Assembly: GCA_964578155.1 (NCBI GenBank)
Contig: CAZOBQ010000002.1
Location: forward strand, 1-52,871
DNA: 52,871 nucleotides
From: an uncultured Lentisphaeria bacterium
Lineage (GTDB): Bacteria; Fidelibacterota; UBA8477; JABMPR01
Reading direction: 5' to 3'
The stretch's first letter is position 1; each line of letters opens with the position of its first letter. Under the pieces are notes generated by a model. The model was not told where the DNA came from and ran no database searches. It saw only the letters and a list, made by a program, of their open reading frames with translations. Positions 46,951 through 52,871 of this stretch are shown one piece after another. The position numbers and the translations under genes were made by a program.

Positions 46951-48837
46951 ATGAAAATTAAAAGTGTTCGAATCCAAAACTACAAAAGCATTAAAGACGT
47001 TACCATCCCTTTTTCAGCGTACGGCCAACGGACAAACAAGAGTAGTGCGGCTTTTTTGGTGGGTATCAACGAGGGTGGAAAAACAGCTCTGCTTGAGGCC
47101 TTGAGCTTTCTAAAGAAAGGGTTGTCAGGTGTAGATTACGAGGAAGCCTGTAATAAGGAAGCGCTAGAGAACGAGGAGTACATAGACATTTATGTCACCT
47201 TAGCGATAGGGAGTCAATCTTTTTGGACGGAGAGGCTTACAAAAGACTGTGGAATTCCGGTAGAATTAAGCAAAAAGATTAAATTCAAAAAGCTGGAAAA
47301 GAATTTGTATCTAGACACTGAGGGCTCCAGTTTTCACTATACAATAGAAATTGAAAACATTCCCTTATATGAATATGTTGTTGAAAGTTCCCTCAGCGGT
47401 GTTGGTCTCGTTGGTCAAATAAAGTCACTAAAAGAACAAAACAGTGTAAGTGAGAAAATAACTCAGAGCAACGCAGCTGGGTTCCTCACAGGCAATCAAA
47501 AAACACTGGAAATGAGCGATATTGAAGAGATGATCCCCTTGGTGTTACAGCCTATTTTTGAGAGGAGCTTCCCAAGCATTCAAATTTGGCGTCCAGAAAA
47601 AAAATATTTAATCAGCACAACAATTGATCTTGCAAAATTTAAAGAAGACCCGAACATCTCATTGCCATTAAAAAATATCTTTCACATATATGGAAAGACA
47701 GACAATAAAAACATAAAGGCTACAATTGAGCGCGCGCTTAAGAAGCAGGAATATTGTGACGAGCTAAAGGACAAGCTATCAATTTCGGTGACAAAACATT
47801 TAAACGAGATTTGGAAAGAGCATAAAATTAAAATAGTGGTCTCTATCAACGGAAACAATTGCCACGTTTTTGTCGAGGATAACGATAAAAAGCATAGTTA
47901 TTATAAAATGAGCCAAAGGAGTGATGGGTTTAAGCAGTTTGTTTCATTAATTTTGTCATTATCCGCATTAAATGTAAGTGAAAAATTAAAAAACAATATT
48001 ATTCTTATCGATGAGCCCGAGGTCCATTTGCATCCAAGTGGAGTCCGATACATGAGAGACGAGATATTGAAAATTGGAAAAAACAATCAAGTCTTTGCTT
48101 CAACACACAGTCATTACTTGGTAGACACAACCTCTCCAGAACGACATTGGATAGTAAAAAAAGAAAAATCTGAAACAACAATAAGTCAGATCGGCGAGGA
48201 CACACCAATTGAGGACGACAAGGTGTTAATGTCTGCTTTTGGTCTAAATGTATTTATTGAGCTATTGCCCAAAAATATAGTTGTAGTTGAGGGGGGTGAT
48301 GACAAGTTGACATTACTTCATTCAATTGATAAGATAAGGTCACGATTCTTTTATTCTATAAAATCAGCAGGAGGGGCTTCTAAGGTTCCAGGAATAGCAT
48401 CCATACTGGGTGATGAAAGCGTTCCGGCATATGTTCTGTTTGATGATGATAAAGAGGGTCGCGACAACAAGAAAAAAATTCTAGAGAATCTAAAGAACTC
48501 ATTCTCAAAGGAAAACGTATTCACAATAAGAGATATAGAATCTTCACTACCTATTTATTCTACTCTAGAAGACCTCATGCCCGTTGATTTTGTTAAAGAG
48601 CATTTTGACAGTAAACTGAATGGCAATTTCAACATTGACCCAACCAAGGCAATCGTTTTGCAACTTAAGCGCCAAAATATAGAGCTTAAAGACAAACAGA
48701 AGATGGCATCAATCAAGCTAAGTCTGGCAAAAAAATTCATTGCCCAGTTTAACACTAAGCAAAAAATAGAGTCGCAATCACCAAGAATGGCGGCCCTTGT
48801 AAGCGCCCTGGTTTCAAAAATTGAGAGTAAAGAATAA
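46951..48837 (+). CDS. OLD-family ATP-dependent nuclease (ABC-type ATPase fused to a TOPRIM domain), stand-alone
   Basis: MKIKSVRIQNYKSI start. Walker A GINEGGKT, signature-like QRSDGFKQ, Walker B IILIDEPEVHLHPS, H-loop ASTHS. C-terminal VVVEGGDDK...VLFDDDKEGRD (TOPRIM Glu and DxD). Confidence 0.8.
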   Translation: MKIKSVRIQNYKSIKDVTIPFSAYGQRTNKSSAAFLVGINEGGKTALLEALSFLKKGLSGVDYEEACNKEALENEEYIDIYVTLAIGSQSFWTERLTKDCGIPVELSKKIKFKKLEKNLYLDTEGSSFHYTIEIENIPLYEYVVESSLSGVGLVGQIKSLKEQNSVSEKITQSNAAGFLTGNQKTLEMSDIEEMIPLVLQPIFERSFPSIQIWRPEKKYLISTTIDLAKFKEDPNISLPLKNIFHIYGKTDNKNIKATIERALKKQEYCDELKDKLSISVTKHLNEIWKEHKIKIVVSINGNNCHVFVEDNDKKHSYYKMSQRSDGFKQFVSLILSLSALNVSEKLKNNIILIDEPEVHLHPSGVRYMRDEILKIGKNNQVFASTHSHYLVDTTSPERHWIVKKEKSETTISQIGEDTPIEDDKVLMSAFGLNVFIELLPKNIVVVEGGDDKLTLLHSIDKIRSRFFYSIKSAGGASKVPGIASILGDESVPAYVLFDDDKEGRDNKKKILENLKNSFSKENVFTIRDIESSLPIYSTLEDLMPVDFVKEHFDSKLNGNFNIDPTKAIVLQLKRQNIELKDKQKMASIKLSLAKKFIAQFNTKQKIESQSPRMAALVSALVSKIESKE

Positions 48838-48887
48838 CAGGATCAGGGCTAAACTTCTTCTGTTGATGCCAAAAGCCATGATTTTAC

Positions 48888-48916
48888 TTGACAGAAGGTT
48901 TCTAGCACTCTAACTT
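48888..48916 (+). promoter_or_regulatory. Candidate sigma-70 promoter for the SorC regulator / BMC operon
   Basis: TTGACA (48888-48893), 17 nt, TAACTT (48911-48916). Confidence 0.35.
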
Positions 48917-48950
48917 GAACACATGTTAAGATACAATGAACACATGTTCA
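48916..48950 (+). promoter_or_regulatory. Two direct copies of a palindromic operator-like site
   Basis: TGAACAcaTGTTAA (48916-48929) and TGAACAcaTGTTCA (48937-48950), starts 21 bp apart. They overlap or follow the putative -10, 17 nt before the sorC-family ATG. Confidence 0.5.
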
Positions 48951-48966
48951 GTAGAATTCAGGCAAT

Positions 48967-49920
48967 ATGATCTCAGAGCATCAAGATCGTGGCTTGTTGG
49001 TATTAGAGGCAGCCCGCTTCTACTATGAACACCACCTTACCCAATCCCAGATTGCATCTAAGTTGGAGGTCTCACGACCCACTGTCTCACGACTTCTGCA
49101 AGAAGCTCGAGATCAGGGTGTGGTTCGGATCCAGATCATCGACCCCAGTGCCAGCGGAACCCGGCTGGAAAAGAGGCTCAGAGACCAATTTGGTCTCAAG
49201 CATGTGGTTGTGGTACCTTATGATGGTGAACCTGGCCAAGTGTTAAAATCCCGCATGGGCTATGCCTTAATCGACTTATTAGACACATTGATAGATGACA
49301 ATTCAACCCTGGGCGTTTCCTGGGGAACCACTATGCAAGCCGCGACAAAACATTTAAGATCACGGCCGGTCAAGAACATGACCGTGGTTCAACTTAATGG
49401 TGGTGTATCAAAAGCAGAACTGGATACCCACGCCAGTGAGATCGCCGGAAAAATGGGCGAGAATTATCACGCCACACCATACTTACTACCACTACCGGCC
49501 ATCGTAGATAACCCAGAATTAAAAACAGCCATCATTTCAGATCGACATATTGCAAAAACATTAAAGCTGGCCAGAGAAGCGGATATCGCAGCCTTTACCG
49601 TAGGCGCCTTCGGGTCAAACTGTGTTCTGGTCAAAGCTGATTATTTTGAAAGCGATGAAGTCCAAGACCTTATCGACCAAGGCGCTGTGGCAGATATCTG
49701 CTCACGCCTCATCAAGGCAGATGGATCCATCTGCTCACTAGCCCTGGACCAAAGAACCATTGGTATCGAGCTGGAAGAACTCAAAGCCAAGCCCTATTCA
49801 ATCGCTGTAGCTGGTGGTCCTGACAAAGAACAGGCCGTCAAAGCCGGACTCACAGGAAAATGGTTTAACAGTCTGATCACAGATGAACAAACCGCCCGTA
49901 AATTACTGGGGGAAGCATAA
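48967..49920 (+). CDS. SorC/DeoR(Bsu)-family sugar-binding transcriptional regulator
   Basis: [51 protein letters not shown] plus a C-terminal sugar-phosphate-binding domain. Confidence 0.88.
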   Translation: MISEHQDRGLLVLEAARFYYEHHLTQSQIASKLEVSRPTVSRLLQEARDQGVVRIQIIDPSASGTRLEKRLRDQFGLKHVVVVPYDGEPGQVLKSRMGYALIDLLDTLIDDNSTLGVSWGTTMQAATKHLRSRPVKNMTVVQLNGGVSKAELDTHASEIAGKMGENYHATPYLLPLPAIVDNPELKTAIISDRHIAKTLKLAREADIAAFTVGAFGSNCVLVKADYFESDEVQDLIDQGAVADICSRLIKADGSICSLALDQRTIGIELEELKAKPYSIAVAGGPDKEQAVKAGLTGKWFNSLITDEQTARKLLGEA

Positions 49921-49921
49921 G

Positions 49922-51343
49922 ATGAGTACAAAACCAATTATCGCCCTGGGCGCAGACCACGGCGGTTATCCTCTCAAAGAAGAGATCAAAACCTTTCTGA
50001 AAAAAGAGGGTTATGAAACCATCGATTGTGGTACCCACTCAACAGACGCAGTCGACTACCCCGTCTTTGCTGCAAAAGTCGCCCATAAAGTGGCCGATGG
50101 CAAAGCTCGCTTTGGTGTTATTGTTGATGGAGCCGGTATCGGATCCTCCATGGCAGCCAATAAGATTCCCGGTGTAAGAGCCGCTCTCTGTTATGATCTC
50201 TCCAGTGCCAACAACGCCCGTGAACACAATGATGCCAACGTTCTGACTCTTGGGTCAGGCTTAATTGGCAAGGCTTTGGCCACTCAGATCGTGAAAAAAT
50301 TTATTACAACAGACTGTACTGAAGACAGACATTTAAAACGCGTTGGCATGATCGATGATCTGCAAACCGAAAAAGGAAATACGGAAACAATGGAAACGAC
50401 AACAAAAACAGATGACCAGAGCCTGGCATCATTATCTGACCAGGATATTCTGAAAATTGCAGAACGTGTAGGTCAGTTGGTTCAGGCTGGATCTGGAACA
50501 GCAGGTGAAGAGCCATGTAATGAGAAGAACCATGATCATCAGGATAGCGATATGGTTTGTCATTGTGGGGTCTGCGCTGAACGGCAACCTGACACCTACC
50601 GCAAATTTATGGATTTTGGTGTGGATCGTATTGGTGTCCATGATGGTACCAGTGCCGCATCTGTCCCCGAAGATATCGCCAGATGTATCGATCACACAGT
50701 TTTAAAACCGGATGCTACAGTTGACGATATTAAAACTCTTTGTGCAGAAGCTGATGAGTTTCAATTTGCCACAGTTTGTATCAGTCCCAGTTATGTTCCA
50801 TTGGCAGCCAAAGAACTGGAGAACTCAAAAGTTAAAGTTTGTACCGTAGTAGGTTTTCCATCAGGAGCTCACCATCCAACCATCAAAGCCATGGAGACTC
50901 GTAGAGCCATTCGCGATGGTGCCAAGGAAATTGATATGGTTATCAATGTTGGAGCCTTAAAGAGTGGCGACGATGAGTTGGTTTATCGTGACATCCGTAT
51001 GGTTTGTGAGGCTTGCGAAGATGGTGGAGCCATCTCTAAGGTCATCATTGAAGCAGCACTCTTAACGGATGATGAGAAAGTCCGCGCCTGTACATTAGCT
51101 AAAAAGGCTCGAGCAGATTTTGTTAAAACGTCTACAGGATTTGGACCTCATGGAGCAACTGCTGCTGACGTAGCTTTAATGTCAAAGACAGTTGCTAATA
51201 CAGGAATTGGTGTGAAGGCAGCCGGTGGTATTAAATCACTGGAAGATGCTCAGAGTATGATCAAAGCTGGAGCCACCAGAATTGGTGCCAGCGCCGGAAT
51301 TGCAATATTGAAAAAAGCCAGATCGATCACGGTCTCAAGCTAA
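49922..51343 (+). CDS. Fusion protein: RpiB/LacAB-family sugar-phosphate isomerase + ~100-aa linker + deoxyribose-phosphate aldolase (DeoC)
   Basis: N-terminal: [16 protein letters not shown]...[18 protein letters not shown]...EHNDANVL (RpiB). C-terminal: [12 protein letters not shown]...VCISPSYV...[11 protein letters not shown]...EIDMVIN...FVKTSTGF (DeoC with the Schiff-base Lys). Confidence 0.88.
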   Translation: MSTKPIIALGADHGGYPLKEEIKTFLKKEGYETIDCGTHSTDAVDYPVFAAKVAHKVADGKARFGVIVDGAGIGSSMAANKIPGVRAALCYDLSSANNAREHNDANVLTLGSGLIGKALATQIVKKFITTDCTEDRHLKRVGMIDDLQTEKGNTETMETTTKTDDQSLASLSDQDILKIAERVGQLVQAGSGTAGEEPCNEKNHDHQDSDMVCHCGVCAERQPDTYRKFMDFGVDRIGVHDGTSAASVPEDIARCIDHTVLKPDATVDDIKTLCAEADEFQFATVCISPSYVPLAAKELENSKVKVCTVVGFPSGAHHPTIKAMETRRAIRDGAKEIDMVINVGALKSGDDELVYRDIRMVCEACEDGGAISKVIIEAALLTDDEKVRACTLAKKARADFVKTSTGFGPHGATAADVALMSKTVANTGIGVKAAGGIKSLEDAQSMIKAGATRIGASAGIAILKKARSITVSS

Positions 51344-51351
51344 AAGCAATT

Positions 51352-51509
51352 GAGCCACGGATTAACACAGATGAAAAGAGTTTTAATATACAGAACCACC
51401 ATTGCGTCTTTGCGAGAAGCGAAGAGACGAAGCAATCTCAGACACGAGATCGCCGCGCTCATTTCTTTCGCTCGCGAAGACGAGACAATGATAGACTGTG
51501 GATAAAAGA
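51352..51509. repeat. Structured intergenic repeat element, copy 1 (~158 bp)
   Basis: Shares its left end (GCCACGGATtAAcACA), core (CGTCTTTGCGAGaAGCGAAGaGACGAAGCAATCTCAGAcaCGAGATCGCCGcGCTC ... CTCGCGAAGACG) and right end (cTGTGGaTAAAAgA) with copy 2. Internal 12-bp inverted repeat 51405-51416 / 51471-51482. Confidence 0.8.
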
Positions 51510-51520
51510 GGAAATAACCA

Positions 51521-52153
51521 ATGAGTGTAGATTTAAGATCATATGTGTTTTTAGATAATTTGCAGCCACAGCATGCGGCTTTCTTTTGTACGATTGCCAG
51601 GGGTTTTCTACCTCTCGCTGGAATGGCTTCTTTGTATGTTGAGATATCTCCTGGAATCGAGATCAACCGCATAACGGATATCGCATTGAAATCAACCAAT
51701 GTCACACCGGGTTTACAGATCGTTGAACGTCTCTACGGACTTTTGGAGATCCATTCCTTTTCCCAGGCTGATGTTCGTCAGGCCGGTGCAGCTATTCTGG
51801 AGGCCCTTGACTTAAAAGAGGAAGATCGTCAGAAACCCAAGGTGGTTTCCAGTCAGGTCATCCGAAATATTGACGATCATCAGACCCAGTTGATCAATCG
51901 TATGCGTCATGGCAACATGATCATTCCCGGTGAGTCCATGTATGTCATGGAATGTGTACCGGCAGCCTATGCGGCCCTGGCAGCTAATGAAGCCGAGAAA
52001 GCTGCAAATATTAATATCCTGGAGGTTCGTGCTACCGGAAGTTTCGGTCGCGTATACCTCGGTGGTGATGAAAAGGATATTGATGTGGCCTGGAAAGCAG
52101 CGACGACAGCCATTGAAAATGTTGAAGGCCGTGTACAGCCGGATAAGAAATAA
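51521..52153 (+). CDS. Tandem BMC-domain shell protein (BMC-T-like, probably permuted EutL/PduB-type)
   Basis: Two ~105-aa halves, each with a BMC-like core ([25 protein letters not shown]...; [48 protein letters not shown]). AGAGGA RBS. Confidence 0.72.
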   Translation: MSVDLRSYVFLDNLQPQHAAFFCTIARGFLPLAGMASLYVEISPGIEINRITDIALKSTNVTPGLQIVERLYGLLEIHSFSQADVRQAGAAILEALDLKEEDRQKPKVVSSQVIRNIDDHQTQLINRMRHGNMIIPGESMYVMECVPAAYAALAANEAEKAANINILEVRATGSFGRVYLGGDEKDIDVAWKAATTAIENVEGRVQPDKK

Positions 52154-52160
52154 GTGTAAT

Positions 52161-52360
52161 TAGCCACGGATGAAACACATAGTTGACATAAAGAATCACC
52201 ATGTCACGTCTTTGCGAGGAGCGAAGGGACGAAGCAATCTCAGATTCGAGATCGCCGTGCTCTTTAGCCTGCACTGAGCGCAGTCGAAGTGCTCGCGAAG
52301 ACGCTTCAGTGAACATCCGTGTTTCATTTCGACGTTGCTCAATACAGGCATCCGTGGCTA
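52161..52360. repeat. Structured intergenic repeat element, copy 2 (~200 bp) with perfect 12-bp terminal inverted repeats
   Basis: TAGCCACGGATG (52161-52172) and CATCCGTGGCTA (52349-52360). Same core as copy 1 (52207-52218 / 52292-52303), plus extra internal segments. Confidence 0.8.
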
Positions 52361-52423
52361 AAACAAGAAAATGAATAATGAATAAAAATAAACCCAAAGC
52401 AATAACAAACAGGAGGCAATAAA

Positions 52424-52735
52424 ATGTCTGAAGCTCTAGGAATGTTAGAAACCAGAGGATATCCAGCAGCAGTAGAAGCAGCGGATGCAATGGTAAAAGC
52501 TGCCAAGGTAGAATTGGTAGAGTATGAAAAAACAGGTGGTGGCTATGTAACAGTCGTTATCCGTGGTGATGTAGCAGCTGTTAAAGCCGCTTGTGACGCC
52601 GGTCGTGCCGGTGCGTCAAAAGTTGGTGAGATCGTAGCTGTTCATATCATTGCTCGTCCCCATCCAAATGTGGATTCTGTTTTACCCTTAGGTCGTGGTA
52701 AAGAAGGTAAAGCCGAACTTGCCAAAAGAGCCTAA
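52424..52735 (+). CDS. BMC-H hexameric shell protein (PduA/EutM-like)
   Basis: [53 protein letters not shown]...VHIIARPH. Strong AGGAGG RBS. Confidence 0.93.
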   Translation: MSEALGMLETRGYPAAVEAADAMVKAAKVELVEYEKTGGGYVTVVIRGDVAAVKAACDAGRAGASKVGEIVAVHIIARPHPNVDSVLPLGRGKEGKAELAKRA

Positions 52736-52750
52736 GCGAGAGGTGACCCT

Positions 52751-52871
52751 ATGATCCTGGCAAAAGTTGTTGGGACTCTTGTTGCCAGCCAGAAAGAGTC
52801 CAGTATGGACGGTCTCAAATTTCTGACTTTGCAGCAGGTCGATCTGGAAGGAAAAGCCAAAGGTGGGTTTG
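52751..52871 (+). CDS. BMC-P pentameric vertex protein (EutN/CcmL/PduN family), 3' end outside window
   Basis: MILAKVVGTLVASQKESSMDGLKFLTLQQVD is a typical EutN-family N-terminus. Confidence 0.85.
   Translation, partial: MILAKVVGTLVASQKESSMDGLKFLTLQQVDLEGKAKGGF

Noticed and set aside
46951-48837. Considered calling the ATPase-TOPRIM gene Gabija GajA.
   Set aside because: No UvrD-like GajB helicase gene is adjacent on either side: a T9SS phosphatase lies upstream and the SorC regulator downstream. I therefore call it only a stand-alone OLD-family protein.
51497-51505. Perfect DnaA-box consensus (TGTGGATAA, the complement of TTATCCACA).
   Set aside because: It is a single isolated 9-mer at the edge of the repeat element, far from dnaA. 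About 0.4 such matches are expected by chance in 2 x 53 kb. No cluster and no AT-rich unwinding element.
51340-51705. 121-aa minus-strand ORF spanning the deoC/BMC-T gap.
   Set aside because: It covers repeat copy 1 and runs antisense into the BMC-T gene. No RBS and no recognisable fold. It is explained by the stop-poor repeat sequence.
52032-52490. 152-aa minus-strand ORF spanning the BMC-T/BMC-H gap.
   Set aside because: Same reasoning: it is built from repeat copy 2 and is antisense to two well-supported shell genes.
1-52871. Searched intergenic gaps by eye for tRNA, rRNA, CRISPR repeats, transposase or integrase genes and att-like direct repeats.
   Set aside because: None found. The only repeated non-coding sequences are the two BMC-locus elements and small hairpins. 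A tRNAscan/Infernal run would be needed to exclude small RNAs formally.

Overview
Gene-dense 52.9-kb bacterial chromosomal segment that begins inside dnaA. T9SS C-terminal sorting domains, a PorV/PorQ-like barrel, a DUF3078 outer-membrane protein, a TSP3-repeat OmpA and a CarboxypepD_reg-type TonB receptor suggest an FCB-superphylum-type Gram-negative (inference only). Modules in order: (1) dnaA (partial) and bcp. (2) A ~9-kb surface-polysaccharide cluster (nt 1088-10139) with GT2, GT4 and GT-C transferases, a Wzx flippase and acetyltransferases. (3) DUF1844 and DUF3078 genes. (4) A small secreted Cys-peptide gene, a 394-aa unknown and a MauE/DoxX-like membrane protein. (5) yjbR-trpF, then a lipid-A operon on the minus strand (Gfo/Idh/MocA oxidoreductase, lpxB, DUF374, lpxK). 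(6) gpmI and secreted M16 and M1 peptidases. (7) A TetR gene followed by a tight operon: T9SS cargo, TonB-dependent receptor, 1033-aa unknown, PorV-like barrel. (8) menG/ubiE, OmpA, a dienelactone-hydrolase fragment and a CarF/FAD4-like desaturase. (9) A sulfatase cluster: 1002-aa amidase-like lipoprotein, anSME, Tat-exported Cys-type sulfatase, PHP-like hydrolase, SRPBCC protein and T9SS phosphatase. (10) An A/T-rich islet carrying a stand-alone OLD-family ATPase-TOPRIM gene, a candidate defence gene. (11) The start of a bacterial microcompartment locus of the sugar-phosphate-utilisation type: SorC regulator, RpiB-DeoC fusion, BMC-T, BMC-H and BMC-P (truncated by the window edge), with two copies of a structured repeat element between the shell genes. 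I found no rRNA, tRNA, CRISPR array, transposase or integrase. All calls come from reading the translations and DNA by eye; no database search was run.
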